Shown in pieces: positions 39,736-54,666 of a stretch of DNA of 64,000 nucleotides. Source of the DNA: Octopus vulgaris (lineage: Eukaryota); NCBI GenBank assembly GCA_951406725.2, contig OX597821.1:55118001-55182000 (forward strand), in the 5' to 3' direction. The notes under the pieces are model-generated. The model did not search any database. It saw nothing but the letters and a program-made list of their open reading frames with translations, and was not told where the DNA came from. How positions within the stretch are numbered: the stretch's first letter is position 1; each line of letters begins with the position of its first letter. A program made the position numbers and the translations under genes.

Positions 39736-40349
39736 AAATTTTATAGTTGATCTCCGAAATAGAGACGCTGGAAAAAGCTTCGTACAAAGAAAGTAATTAT
39801 CAAATAATTATTAAATATTTGCTTTCTAAAAGTTGTACTTTTACCTCACCCAGTAATGCATATCATTACAGGGGCTTCAAGACAGTTTCAAGGAATTTAA
39901 AAAGTGGTGATCAAAGCTGTTGGCTCGTAGCACGCATACAAGTGAACTCCCCTTAAACCACCTAATGAGGGTGGGGTTTAACAGGGTTATAGAAGAAGTC
40001 CCACCTACAGGAGCTCGAGATTTAGAGTCAAAAGAAATACCGCAATGCATCACGCCCGACAACTTAAGATATCTGTCAGCTTAGCGGAATCAAAGGCGAA
40101 TAAAATCGAGTACTTGGGTCTCATAGGCATTTGAATTCAAAGTGCAAAGTGTCAAAAGAAATACCGCAAGGTATTTTGTCTTATGCTCCAAGGAATCTGC
40201 CAGTTTACCACCTACAATTAGGAGCGTAATCGATAACCATTGTGATAAAAATTCATCAGGGTTGAATTCTGTTGCGTGTTAGGTGCTAATTGAAGCTTTT
40301 AAGAGTTTTCACATACTAGCTATAAAGAAACTAAATAGTCAACTGGTAC

Positions 40350-41070
40350 AAGGAAAAGGAGATGGTAAGTCTAGTCGAGCTAACTGTTATCCATGAAGAT
40401 AATATGAACACAGCACAGAAACGAAAGATCGACCGGTATGGACAATATTTTTTCAGGAATGTGAAGACGCAGACAGAAAAGCAAAAGATTATCCAATCGA
40501 ACATGGATGCAAAGGATTTATTTGAAGCAGAATGGGGCGATGGTTGTCGCTAGGCCCAAATCAACGTGAAGATATCATGAGAGATATTCAGGCTACAGTG
40601 ATGACAAGCCACTAGATTTGGATAAAAAGAGACAATGAATAATATGTAGAAGAATATTGAGTGAAACATGGTAGCCAGTTGATCTAGCGAGTGGGGCTTC
40701 ATTTCAGTGTGTGGAGGGTGGGGCAGGTACCATGATGCTTATTTCTTTACTACCCACAAATGGCTAAACATAGAAGGGACAAACAAGGACAGACAAACGG
40801 ATTAAGTCGATTACATCGACCCCAGTGCGTAACTGGTACTTAATTTATCGACCCCGAAAGGATGAAAGGCAAAGTCGACCTCGGCGGAATTTGAACTCAC
40901 AACGTAACGGCAGACGAAATACCGCGAAGCATTTCGCCTGGCGTGCTAATGTTTCTGCCAGCTCGCCGCCTTGCAAGTACCATAATGCCGTTGAGTGGAT
41001 GGCCCCCAAATCGGTGCTCATTTTCATCTGATGACTCCCAGAAACTTGCTAGTGTCTCGTAGCAGTACGT
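40350..41070 (+). mobile_element. REL-endonuclease LINE 3' remnant (HERO/NeSL-like) with SINE insertion
   Basis: LVELTVIHEDNMNTAQKRKIDRY..YPIEHGCKGFI resembles ELTVPWE..RK..KY..EVGCRGF. Confidence 0.65.
40739..40972 (-). mobile_element. SINE family A, full length
   Basis: Close to 9174-9404; 16-bp TSD gca(g/a)gtaccat(g/a)atgc at 40723-40738 and 40973-40988. Confidence 0.9.
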
Positions 41071-41452
41071 TCAACTGGTAGCAGTTGCATCTATAATTTG
41101 TTGGCAATTAATTTTTCTATAACTTTAGACACTTCCTTTTTGTTTTCTTCATGCAGTTGGTTTTATTTTTTATTTTAGTAGTTTGTTTCTTCTAATAGAG
41201 AAAATTAAAATGGTCCTGTTAATGCAGAATGTTTTAAAATTGAAATAAAAGTAATTTTATATGATACAAATTTGAAATAAAAACCATTTTTCAATTGCTT
41301 TTTCACTAACTTTGACACTTTTTAAAAAATCAAGTGCAATTATGATTTAAAATATAATAATTAACATGTATTCTTTAAACTCAGAATGAACTTACAAACT
41401 CTAATTAAAATCTAATCAGAAATAAATTGAAAACAGAATGCTAACAATAACG

Positions 41453-41487
41453 ACTATTATTATTATTGTTATTATTATTATTATTAC

Positions 41488-41536
<49 letters not shown>

Positions 41537-41558
41537 ATCATCATCATCGTCGTCGTCG

Positions 41559-41614
<56 letters not shown>

Positions 41615-41618
41615 GTTA
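41453..41618. repeat. Compound (ATT)/(ATC)/(GTC)n microsatellite
   Basis: Directly visible. Confidence 0.95.
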
Positions 41619-44600
41619 TAGAAATCAAAGATAATGAGGAAAAAAAATGAAATTCTGGAAATGAAATTTTCATGATTAATTTCGAGAGTTAATTCTGATA
41701 TAAAAGCAAACTTGGAATACGAAACTCTGAACAAGCCAGCTGCTAAATATTCCAAATTTCTTAGGTTCAACGACATGTTGCTGTTGTTAATATTAAAAAA
41801 AATTTTTTCAGTCAAGACATTTTCTACAGAGACGAAGGCAATACGGGGGATGAAAAAATTACACAGGTTTCTTTAAAAATTGTATTTAATTGATCTGTTG
41901 GGCAAATTGCAACTACTTTCATAAATATCTTTAGAGTGTTATGCTGTTGGGCGGGAGTAGTGATATAATAACTCTCTGTAGGACTGATACGATTTAGTTA
42001 CATCTAGCGTAAGTTAAAATAGTCAGTAATATGTCATATTAGAACATTTGCCGTTTTCCCTGTTATTGGTAACTGTAGCAGCTCTCACCGAGCAGGCTTA
42101 CAACTTACGATGAAAGATTTTCCTATCACGAGCAAACCGTCTTTTTGTGTGTCTAGGACTATATTACCCTCTGCATCTGTGACCTTTGAAGAAGGCGTGA
42201 AGGTGATTTGATATCTATCTAGCTATCTGTCTATCTGTCTGTCTGTCTAACAATCTATTTATCTGTCTAACATTCTATCTATTTCTCTATTATTCAATCT
42301 CTCTATATACACAGAAACAAACAAATACACACACCTTTATATTTATTAGTGTAAGTACCAATGTTGTGTCAAAAAGGTATCTTTGTTAGAAATAAACAGA
42401 AAATGAAATAAAAGATTGAAGTGGGGATGTTAAGAAAAGAAAAATCTTTGAAAGTGTTGTCCTAGCATTGCTAAGGTCCATTACTTCAAGTTATAGGAAG
42501 AGTAAGAGTATTGAACATTTTATATTCCTAGGTGAGCCTTAATCTAGCAAATGTGTGTGTAAATGCATTCCAAACATAGCTATCCATCATTTCCTTTGGC
42601 ACACTGACTCCTGAACTGCTTTATCGAATGTGTTTATAAGTAAGATGCTAGATCGTGATATATGGAACAACTACTGGCTGTTTACAGGTTGTCGAACGTG
42701 TGCGTATAAGATCATTGGGTAAAAATATTGTTGTTTAGACAGAAGTTGACTATAATCGAGTAGATTTAAGATGAAAAATATTCCGACCGTAGCCATCGCA
42801 TCGTTTTAATTGTTTGGCTTAGAATTATTTATTTATACCGCGTAAAACTTAAGTTAAATGCAAATGTGCAAATAATACACCAGTTAAAATAACTATAACA
42901 AAATCACACCACACCAATTCATATCAAGTGAACATTCAAACAGAACTTTTTGTAGCGGGCACATTTTTTGGCGTGAAATTAGTTCTCACAAGCTTTTTCC
43001 TCATGTTTCTTACAAATAAGTTCGGCATAAACATCCTCATCTTACTCATTTCCATAATGATCCTCACTGCAATATTATCGATGATAGCTACGAAAAATAC
43101 TTTTACGAGCACATGATTCAATAATAACTTTATAATTATTTTCTTAAGATTTCTGCAAAGTATCTGAGAGATCAAGCAAGGTAATGGAAACCCTTAACAT
43201 TTAAAAAAATCTCGATATGAAACAATCTTTGAATTAAAAAAAAAATATCTCGATTTGAAACACACGGTAGTGTCATTGTACGATACAAGTGTCTAAAAGT
43301 ATTTAAACATGTAGTGACTAAGCATGGTTAAGTAATCAGTTCGGTCATTTAGGAGGTATGTTACTTATCAATAAGTTTATTCCGATATAATAATCAATTT
43401 CCCCATTTATCATAATTGACATCTCTACAATGCTCTAGTTCATCGTATTTTTTTTCAGCATACATATTTTTAGAAATCATGCAAGTCAGCGGTAGAGTTA
43501 CACATTCATACGAGTAACCCATTCTACGCACGGTAAGTTTATATAAACTTATAGCTTATATGAATAGTTTAAACAGGCAAAATCATCATAAAAGAAAGTA
43601 GGCTATCATAGGAGTTAATTCCTACCGGATTGATTATAGAAAAAGATTGCATGTTATGATCATGGACAGAAAATTGAGATCAGCTCCAGTGTAGTTTCCA
43701 TCAACATTACAATCTCAGTTATCTGGTACCCTACGCTTACCTATCTACGTATAATTATATTTATACATTTGCATTATTTAATTAATCTGAATTAGTTATC
43801 ATAAGAAGTGCCAACTGAAATCTATGGGTTTATTTTGTATTATTTTAATTATAACGCTTGCTCTCACATATACAAAGAAGTAGCGATGCATTAGTGCAAT
43901 TCTGTGTTTTTAAACACATTATCAGGTTGACGTGATCAACTGAAAATTGCTGGATAAATTACATTTTTTTTTTCAAATATGGAATTAGGGAATTAGCGCA
44001 AACATTGTTTATTGAAAATATTAATTTGGAAAAAGATGTAGACAGCGATAACTTGCACTGGAAAAATAATCAATATATGACGAAAGCAAAGGTTCTCAAT
44101 AAATTAAAACCGAATTTTGATGTCAAAAATAAACAAAATTTAATATTAGGTTCGTTTTATTCTGCTACTGACTGTTAGAATTGCCTAGTACTTTATTCCG
44201 CGATTTCTTGGAAAATAAAAATATATTCATGTTTATAACATGAATATATTTTTATACAGTGGCAGAAGAAATTATAAATCGAGATTTGGAATAATAAAAG
44301 ACAATTGAGAATAAAATATATTTTTAATTATTGACTAACAAAACTTATTCCATCTTTCTCTTAATCGCTCTGTTTTTGTTGGTGATCATCATGTATTCAT
44401 TCCTGACATGTTCATATATCATGCATTGCCAAAAGCAAGAACTGGAAACACTTAACAGAAAGCACGAAATTGTCAAAATTGGTTCAATCATTAACGCTAG
44501 CAAATATAAAATATTCAAAAAAATTATCTAAAGATTATTTAAAGATAAGCTAATGATGCAGTCAAAAGTGAAACGATGGAAATATTTCTAAAATAGAAGA

Positions 44601-44899
44601 CAAATTAGATGTTAATTGAGTGTCCTCAATACAATGCGAGAACCCCGTGCTCAAAAATTTTATGACTTTATATAGTTTTTGTTTTTGAGTCGAGATATGA
44701 ATGAAATTTACTTAAATTGTGGAAGACAAAATCATATATATTAATAAATTCAGTATATAAAATATATATTTGGAAAATAATAAATTTAAGGAAAAAGACC
44801 ATGAAAAACGAAAAATTACAAGGTGTGATGGTCGAGATGTTAGAAATCTTGTTAGAAATTTCATCTGACTGTAACACTGGAGATATCTGAAATAGCATA

Positions 44900-46140
44900 T
44901 CTAAGATAGAGGCACGATGGGACTATAGATGACCAAAGAGAGAACGAGTCAACGTAAAAGTCACTTTGTAGTCACTCGGTCTGCCAGAAGAAAACACTCA
45001 AAGCTCTAAGATTTCCAAGATCGCAAAGTGTAGAGTTGAAATGATGTACAGAGCTTCAGAAGATAAGCGTGTCCGACATATAAGAGACACTACAAGATCA
45101 GGACGCAAGCAGCACGGTCAGCACCATAGATGGACAAGCTGAAAATATGGTGAAGCCACACAACATCTTTTCAATGGAAATAACACAACTCATTTCCAAC
45201 ATTAGAGGAAATCAGATACCAAGCAAAAATAGGCTATGATCCAAACAAAAGAACAACAATCGGGAGAAAGAAAAAGTGCTTACTGATTCTTCACTAAATG
45301 GGAAATCCCAGGGAAAGTTGAAGTGGACAGACTAGTATCTGTGGAAACTAGTATCTTTCCGTATCTTCTTCCTGCTGCGAGCGATGTATAACAAGCTCTT
45401 CTTACTAACAAACCTCCACAGATGGGGTATCAGAGAAGATCAGCTGACTAGGCTTTGTAGAAAAAATAGAACCCTGCCTCACATCTTGTTTTAATCAGAT
45501 GTTGTCATGATAATAGATGTTGTCATGTCATGACAAAGTGAGCATGACACTCGCCACACCCAAGAGCAAAGTAAACACAAGAAGCATCAACAACTGGGGA
45601 AAACACCATCAATTAAATTTGTATGGGAAGAAGCAAAGGTATTGACTACAAAAAGGAAAGAAAGTGGTGTACTGCAAAAGGCCTAGTCATGGCATACGAA
45701 AGTAAATTGGAAAAAAATCTGCATTGTCTCTTGGCCGTTCAAATGACCCTGAAGCCGGATGTAGATAAATCCTGCTCGAGCTTACAGTCTAGTGAGTGGT
45801 ATGGTGGGATCAAGTCTTTGAATGGAAGAGTGCCTAGTACCCGAACCATTTGCAAGATAGCAGGGAGAAGGGATTTCAGTCATCGCTATTGCCAGTCAAG
45901 GTTGGCTGAAAAGTATCCATATAAGTCAGTATTGAGAATGCTTACAGTCACTGGAATAAGAGAAAGGTACCTGCGCTTAGGATGAAAGAAGCACCACAAA
46001 GAGCTTCTTGTTATGAGCAAAGAGAGAAGATTTAATGGGAAGTCAGGACGAAATGATGCATTGGCAAGCACTGCCTACCCTCCAACTAGAGGATATCTCG
46101 GTTCAGGATTGAAATTGATAACGATCGTTGGACGACATCA
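44900..46140 (+). mobile_element. Heavily decayed REL-type (HERO/NeSL-like) LINE
   Basis: Fragments KWTD, LLRAMYNKL, TNLHRWGIRED..LC..TLPHIL, WHDKV-like and KPD. Confidence 0.5.
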
Positions 46141-46779
46141 AAACCGCCTGGTCAAAGATACATGAATTAAAGAGGAATCATCTTTTAGAGGTAATGAACT
46201 TCAAAAATATATGCATATATATATATGTTCAAGAAAACACATGCACATATATATATTGTCGTCGTTATAAGCATTTTTTAAACATTCGAGAGAATGTTAA
46301 CTAATCCTTTCTTGCGATATTTCGAATCCCACAAGACAGCTATAAATAACATGTAAATAACAGCCTGTAAATAATAGGTTGAAAAATATTTTTGTAGAGA
46401 TCGAACCCACATACTTGTAGGTATAGAATTTTCGTTGGTACGAATAAAGTTTTTAAAAGGATAAAGGAATTCGAAGGATTGTTTTCGTACAAGGGTAGAA
46501 CGACTGTCATTACTAGAAGAGAGGCACACAGGTATCCTTCGACTACTTCTATCCAAAAGTGGTTTTCAACCAAATATTTACATAATATTATTTACTAGCA
46601 TATTCGTGTCGTCCAAAATGCTGTCAGTTTTATTAATGATAGAAAATGTCGCATAAAAACAGACTTAACCGATTTCACAGATATCTCTAATTTCCAATGA
46701 CTGAAATAGAAAAACATGGAGTTATGCCGCAACTGCTTTCCTTCTGATTGGAGTTTTAAAATTCTCTTGTATTTATAGA

Positions 46780-48060
46780 GGTAACATAGCTCAAATTATT
46801 ATCTGTTTTGGCAACGAATTGATTAGCCAAAGATTGATCAAGTTATTAGGTTTAGAAATATTTGTAAATTTCCCACTCCACCCGCCTTCTAATGCCATGT
46901 GACAATATGTTTGACGCCGTAAGATTAAGCTGTCACAGTTGAGTGGATGTGTTTCGTGACATTTCCAAACAATCAAGGCTGCCTGGATTTTATCTGTGGA
47001 TTTTATAAGTATGGTAGAGGATTAGGATAGGATTAGCTTTAGAAAGTTTTGTAGGCACCACGCTATGTCTGTGCGCGAATTTCATGTGACTATATTTTTT
47101 GTGCCGAAAGTTAAGGCTGACATGGTTGAGTGAACATGTCTAGTGGCAGACCCAAACAAGGCATTCTAAATTTAGTCTGACACGTATTAGAGTGGACAGG
47201 GGTTGTTTCTATGTAGCCCAGTGGTTGAATTGTTCTTGTTTGTATGTATTTATCCAGTCATGAAATTTTGTTCACTAAATTTGTGCGTTAGTGTCATACT
47301 GGGGAAACTCATAATTGTGTGCAAGTTAGCTGTATAAATTCAACATGCCAAGCAGCAGAGTCGGTTTGTGTGTGAGTAGTTGTTCGTGAATGTAGTTTGT
47401 TAAAGTTTATTCAGTCTTCGTTTGCACTTGTCTATAAATATATCTTCTTTGTTTATCCGTGCTTGGTATGTGGTATTGACCAACCAAAGGTAAAGTGGAA
47501 AGACTTAGAGTTTGGGAGACATCGTTTGCACAGATGTCTATGTGTCCACTCAGTGGGATCTGTCTAATAATAGGATCTCGTATTTGTTGTCAGTGAATGC
47601 ACTATTACACTCATGTTGCAACGTAGTGCTCAAAAACTGGTTAACGGGGCTTGCACAAATGCATTAATTGATGGCTTTCTATTTCCCAGGAAATCAGATA
47701 CAAGTGCAGTAAAAACATTCCATGCTTATTTCCAACGTTACCTATTCTGTATCCTGTCAAACAGATACATACAGAAATACATATAAATAGATACACACAA
47801 TATAACAAATGTGTGCATACAAATAAAAGTACGAACAGGAATACATACACACATGAACCTACAGATATATAAATACATATAGGCGTTAATTTATGCACAG
47901 ACACATATGTATACAGCAAATTCTCGAATTTGATGGACATATAGCGGTACGTAAGCCGACTCAGAAAATCTCTAGTGAGAACTTTTTACTAATGAACCTG
48001 AATGGGTCGAAACATGTGTCGTACCCAATAAAATCTTTTACTCATTCCATCTATTTTATT
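46780..48060. mobile_element. Decayed Penelope-like fragment with a degenerate hammerhead near 47985-48025
   Basis: Minus-strand LYHTYKIH..PG..IV resembles PLE LYGLPKIHK..RPIV; plus-strand CTAATGA-acc..ggtc-GAAA-catgtg-TC followed by aataaa and (TA)n. Confidence 0.4.
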
Positions 48061-48067
48061 AATATTG

Positions 48068-48110
<43 letters not shown>

Positions 48111-48204
48111 CATACATATATATTTACATATACAGATATATGTATATATATACATATATATATATATATCCATATATACATATATATAAGTATATATATA
48201 TATG

Positions 48205-48276
<72 letters not shown>

Positions 48277-48691
48277 TATATATTACTGAATGATCTAATT
48301 TTCTAGTAAAACAACTAAATATGTCAATGTCGTTCAGCTCGTTCTGATCTTAATACTCAACAAGAACAAAAAAATTTTCACGTTGTTATATCTTTAAAAT
48401 ATCATCCTTAGCATCCTTGTTCCGTTTCTTTTCCTTTATAAACTAACTCATCAAACGCTTGGTTTTCCATATATATATAGTAAATTAAAATCGGTAATGA
48501 AATCATTGAATCCCAATTCAGCAGTAAATTATCATTAATCTAATCATCACCGCTGTTTAAAATTTATCATGCATTTAATTATACATTTTAATGATATTAC
48601 TTTTCTTATTGGAGTGAGGGTACTAACCAGGAAACTATCAAGCCAGACAGAAGGCATATATTTAGAGAGGGAGAGAAAGAATGAGAGATAG

Positions 48692-48746
<55 letters not shown>

Positions 48747-49149
48747 TATACTATCCACGAATTTTTGGTATCTCTCTCAGACCTCGGCAAACTGATCACA
48801 AACTGTATTTCTGATAAATGGTTGTTGCTTAGTCCAAAGTAAATTATTTCCTGGCCCTCACATTTTCATCTAAATTGTGAATATTTAAAATTGCTTTTTG
48901 AATTATATATATTTCTAAAGTTCTTGAAGACTAATAACATCTCTTGTTGTGAATCTGATTGCTTGCATGAAAGTTCTTGGTATATAATAACAATGTATGA
49001 TTACCTATTGTTATTTGGTTTATTGGCTGTAAAATCGATGTCGACTTTAGCGATAAAAATAATACAGCTTATTCATTACTATAATCACTAAGCAAGTTAG
49101 GAAAACTAGAATCATTTTGAAGCATGAAAACGATTGTGAAAGCTGAACT

Positions 49150-49900
49150 GATATACTTCCAATAACTTCAGACTTCAAGACAAAAACGCAACAGATCAAT
49201 CTTCTATCAGGATTAGGTAGCCCGCAACTTTTTGTTGATCGCCCAATAAGTGGAAGACATTACATCCTGTCTCCTTTAAAATCTCTTGAATTCGACAAGC
49301 AGCAGTTTTAATTTGAAGTTCACATCGCATTGCCTTCTAGTAAAAAAGATTTAGCGATTTTTGATGCATTGCAGCCTGATTGCGATGCTCCACATGCTGC
49401 CAAAATATTTCCTGGTGGCATTTTCTTCTAGAAACCGATTTCGTCTGCGTTGAAGATTTGATGATCCTCGTATTTTTTTTTCTTTTCTTTAACTTAGCTT
49501 CTTTAACCTAGCTTCTTTAACTCGTGGCTTCTGTAATTTTTGCGTCTGTTCAAAAATATCTTTTCGAGTGTTGAAAATATCTAACGTAATTTTGCTGGTC
49601 CCTCTTGATATTTGTTTTCTTGAGAGAAAATATATGACCGTTAACTATTAGTTTATTGGCCACAATTATTATTTGCTTCTGGTTACAACATTTCAGCAAA
49701 ATTATTAATAGATCCTTCATCTCCACTATTATCACATTTCAGTTACTTTTGATACGCATTTTTATCTTGGCCCTGATAATCACTTGCTTTACTCAAACTT
49801 TTATCTTTGACTCTCGAAATCAGGATTAACTGGGATTAAAGTTTTGAATAAGTTCCCTGTTAATTATTATCTACGGAGGCATCACCTTTTTTCGTAGGCA
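49150..49900 (-). mobile_element. pogo/Tigger-like transposase remnant
   Basis: DHQIFNADE, ..KMP..F, LLEGNA and LLGDQQK fragments; TIRs not recognised. Confidence 0.5.
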
Positions 49901-50097
49901 CTGTTGTTCTTGCTATAATGTTATTATTATTATTGTTATCATTTTTATGTTTTAAAGAACATAACATAGTGGCAAATAAGCGTGTAACACGTCCATTTGC
50001 ATGATGAGAATGATGAGAAATTAGGGTGCAGTACTCTTTTGAATAACATCACGTAAACAAGTTAAAAATCGTAATTTGAGTAGCTATGATACTTTGA

Positions 50098-50417
50098 GTG
50101 GAGCGTAATGGCCCAGTGTGTAGGGCAGCGGACTCGCGGCCGGAGGATCGCCGTTTCGATTCCCAGACCGGGCGTTGTGTGTGTTTATTGAGCGAAAACA
50201 CCTAAATCTCCACGAGGCTCCGGCAGCGGGTGGTGGCGACCCCTGTTGTACTCTTTCGCCCCAACTTTCTCTCACTCTTTCTTCCTGTTTCTTGAGTAAC
50301 GCTGCGATGGACTGGCGTCCCGTCCAGCTAGTGGGGAATACATACGCCACAGAAACCGGGAAACCGGGATCATGAGCCTGGCTAGGCTTGAAAAGGGCGC
50401 ATAAATAAAAATAAATA
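50098..50417 (+). mobile_element. SINE with family B head and a different (V-domain-like) 3' half
   Basis: Same tRNA head and body as 5263-5637 up to cttcctgtttct, then ctgcgatggactggcgtcccgtccag..; 9-bp TSD atactttga (50089-50097 and 50418-50426). Confidence 0.88.
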
Positions 50418-51417
50418 ATACTTTGAATCCAGAAGCAAAAGATATATCTACCAGTCTAAAAATAGATTATAGAGTTGAGTCTTTACCGTTCTGTGAAACA
50501 TACTTTACAATACAAATTTCACCTCTAAATGTGAATTAAAGTGCAATGGCCTCAAATATTGAATGCATTAGATGCAAAACAGCACTAAGTTTCTGAGGCG
50601 TTAAAATCGGACAGGATAATTGTACCGCACATTCCTTCATGTAGTATAGACGTTACTGTGATTTTCCGAAAACGAATAAAAAAACATATTCACACAGATA
50701 TAATATCTTTAACAAAAATAGCACTAAGGTGAGCTACAGTTCCACCAACATTTTTTTCAGTTTCCCTTGCAAGTGTAAATAAAGATAATCCTTGCAATTC
50801 GAACATACAAGACACTTCCCATTTATTTAACTGGAACATTCCTGATATCTGCTCTTTCAAAATCCTTTCCCAAGGAATTAGCTTTTGGAGCTAAGGACTC
50901 CTTCTTATGTAACAGTGAAACACAAAGACATCTAAAACTCAGTAATAATCTCTTTCAAAAATGGTTCTTATAAATTATTGTACATTAAGAGAAAAAGAAA
51001 TATATAAATACATTCATACACACATTACACATATGTGTGTATATGTGTATGCGTGTGTATGTGTGTGTATGTGAGTGTAAGTCTCTGTGAGTATCTATCT
51101 CTAAATGCATAGTAATTTACGAGAATCTTTTATGAAAGATTATCAGTAAGCCTTAGTTGACTTGCTGTTTCGCAGTTATGCGACAAAACCGTTAGCTCGA
51201 TAAAGTTAGCTTAAGAAAAACAGTTTGAGTAAAAGGAGAAAACATATTAGAAATATACCGTTTGAATAAATGAGAAAAGTTTTGCAAGTTCGTACTACAA
51301 AGATTATTTTTATTTACACTTGCTATAGTGAAAATTTCGGTGCAATAGTAGCTCAACGTAACGGCATTTCCTTAGATGATGATATTATTATTATTATTAT
51401 TGTTGTTAATGTTATTG

Positions 51418-51511
<94 letters not shown>

Positions 51512-51515
<4 letters not shown>

Positions 51516-52262
51516 TCTTTATCACAGGTTTTGTTGGAGGTACTGGAGTCTTGCATGCGTAGTGGGCTTACTACATGCAGTCTACGGTACCTTGTTTTCC
51601 CTTCTTTTCAGCTATCTTATACTTACTTGATTATTCTGGTTGCGCGAAGGAGGCAAACCTTTTGTAACATTACTACTGGGCACTGTATTCCAATTTTCTT
51701 TATATTCCTCTCGATGCCTTCTGATACTGTTCCCAAGGACCCAACTATAATTGGCACTATCTTCACCTTCTTCTTTTTCTATAGCCGCGCTATTTCGTAC
51801 TTAAAATGGTTGTATCTATCTATCTTTTCGTCTTCCTTCTTGACTATTCATGGGTCAATGGCGTATGCAAAATCAACTATATAGCATATGTGGTGCACCT
51901 TGTCCACCAACACTACATCCAGTCTGTTATGCTCTAGCATTTGTTCTGTTTGGTTTGGGAAATCCCAGAGGTTTTTGCTAGTCTCCGACTCTGCTACTCT
52001 CTGCAGTCTGTACTCATACCATGTCTTTCTTCTCTCTAGCCCCCACTTTTCGCACAGTTTCCAGTGTAGCACCTTCGCTACCTGGTAATGTTGCCCCAAC
52101 TTGTAGTGGTTTGGGGCAAGTCTAGGGCATTCGTTCGTGATATGGTCAATGGTTTCAACCACTCTATTGCAGATGCAACATAGCAGAGATACTTGCTCAT
52201 GTCTAAGGTTAATCCCCCCGTTCGTAGCCAAAGCTTCTTCCTGCGCTGCCTCTATAGTGTTT
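51512..52262 (-). mobile_element. R4/Dong-clade LINE 3' fragment inserted in (TAA)n
   Basis: CCIC..ETIDHITNECPRLA..HYQVAKVLHWKLCEK..LWDF..EHNRLDVVLVDK..CYIVDFA (CCHC plus REL); (ATT)n on both sides. Confidence 0.85.
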
Positions 52263-52355
52263 TTGTATTATTACTATTATTATTATTGTTGTTGTTGTTG
52301 TTGTTATTGTTATTATCATTATTTTTATTAATATTATTTGTATTATTATTATTAT

Positions 52356-52960
52356 TGAGTGAGACAGCAGTGTATGTCATCAAAGTGACACTGGGGTACA
52401 AATATACAAAGCCCAATAAGCACATCTGATAAGGGTACACCAGGCACATGCGTCACAACCATATGTGCGCGACATAGTGACCTTGTATTAAAAGCGCATA
52501 ACCTTGCAGGTGTGGCCCAGTTACAATTTTCTTCAAGTCGAGTAGCCCATCCCACTCAAAAAGTCCCTCAATAAAGGTACATGTTTTGTGTTGGTCTAAA
52601 GGATGTGCTACAATAAATATTCTGCTCAATACCACAGATTAGCTTGTCAGTTGCTTGGCCTTCATCAGTTGAGCATGTTCTTTAGTGGCTGACGATATGC
52701 GCATCTCTGATCATAAGCAGACAAGCAGGAGTAGTGGGGTAGCATCATAGCCATGTGTTGAGTGGAATTATTTGGGGTTTGAATAATTACCTCTAGAAAC
52801 ATAAGTGGTTCGTTCAACATTCTTAAACAACCTTTATTGAGGAACCTTTTGAGTGGGATGGACTACTCGACTTGAAGAAAATTCTAACTGGGCCACACGT
52901 GCAAGGTCATGCGCTGTTTATGTTAATACATGGTCACTATGTCGCGCACATATGGTTGTT
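52356..52960. mobile_element. MITE/foldback-like element
   Basis: Inverted arms of about 120 bp (52456-52577 and 52831-52959) around a non-coding spacer. Confidence 0.75.
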
Positions 52961-53813
52961 CTATTGACGAGCCATAAATAGCGCTTTTCATTTCCACTAG
53001 TATCTGTATATGTTGCCGTATCAAATTGTGAAACTAATCCAGAAGTGTTCCTAAAAGTAATTCAAATAACATAAAAAATCCAAACTTTGACCACTGTAAA
53101 AGGTATGCCACCGACATTACGACTATATATCTTTTGTTCTATTGCGACTTTTCAAGCCAGCTTTTAAATGTTTTTTTCTGAAAAATTCCTACATCACATT
53201 CCCAAAATCCCAGTCTACAAGAATAATGTAAACCGAACTTCAGCTAGTGAGAAAAGTTGTGAAGAAAGAATAAGGGAGAAATACTGAAAGTCACAGGCAA
53301 ACATCCTATAGATCGTACTTTAACGGCGAAAAATAACAGGACAAATTATATGAGGTAGTAATCGATAGAAAATGCCTAAACATAACGAAAATAAAAAACC
53401 GAGGTGGTAACAGTATTAAGGTATTTTATCATAGATTATTCATTTAATACGACCCAAAGATTAAACAACAATACTAAAGATGTCAAAGTATATGATTAAT
53501 TATAATTAGACACAATGATATTCAGTAACACATTTCACACCATATAGTCAAAAACTATGAATTTTCATTAACTCAAAATAATATAAAATTTAAATATTAA
53601 CCTTTATAAAATGACAGACGACATCATATATTGTTGATGACATTTGGTCGATCTAGAGTATACAGGTGAGGTGATGCACGAAAATATGCAAGGAAGCGAG
53701 AAAATGGGAGCGAAATGGAAATCTAATGCGACGAGAAATGACTGCAGCTAGGAAGAACAATCCTTCTAAAGAATATTTAAATAAGGAAAATACATTAGAA
53801 ATATAACTTAATA

Positions 53814-54000
<187 letters not shown>

Positions 54001-54109
54001 CCGGTGCTGTTCAAACGATGAATAGTCTTCGCATAAACCATTGATTCGTTTTGTCCTCTTACTTTATTATCATCTTATAATCATCTCATAATAATCACCT
54101 TTATGACTC

Positions 54110-54286
54110 GTATTACTAGCTCAGTCAATCTAAATGTATATATTTGTCACTACCTGTCATAAATAGCCTTTTTCTATTTGCAATATGCATTTTCGTTGGT
54201 TTTTCATATTTTACCCTTACATTTCCACGTGTATTTTATATTTTCTTTTCGTAACATATTTCTACTATATATATATATATGTATAT

Positions 54287-54348
<62 letters not shown>

Positions 54349-54507
54349 ATAGAAATATGTTACAAAAGGAAAATAGAATCTAAACGTGGTAATGTAAGGG
54401 GAAAGTAAGAAAAATAAACGAAAATGCACATTGAAAATCAAAAAAGTAAAGAACTTTTATGAAAAGTAACGAAAGATATATGCAATTAGATGAACAGTGG
54501 TAGTAAT
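54110..54507. repeat. Diverged inverted repeat centred on a (TA)n tract
   Basis: gcattttcgtt..cccttacatttccacgt..gtaacatatttcta versus tagaaatatgttac..acgtggtaatgtaagggg..aacgaaaatgc. Confidence 0.8.
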
Positions 54508-54666
54508 AAAAGTTACTAAACATTGCTTTGAATGCACACCGATTAATGAACGCTGTCAGGTCTAATAGTTCCTGAGAACTATATGTTTATATATATATAT
54601 AAGAATGTTTAGCGTAATAAGATAAAAAAACCAAGGCTTTATAGATATTATAGCATATATGGGTAG

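Noticed and set aside
41020-41060. CTGATGA..GAAAC at a LINE 3' end
   Set aside because: Helix II does not pair and there is no UH/helix I.
42928-43175. Overlapping short ORFs as the missing upstream receptor exon
   Set aside because: No NPR N-terminal motif and no convincing splice sites.
44215-44255. 19-bp-arm AT-rich palindrome
   Set aside because: Real, but low complexity and without supporting context.
50098-50175. tRNA-like sequences here and at other SINE heads
   Set aside because: No complete cloverleaf; they continue into SINE bodies and carry TSDs.
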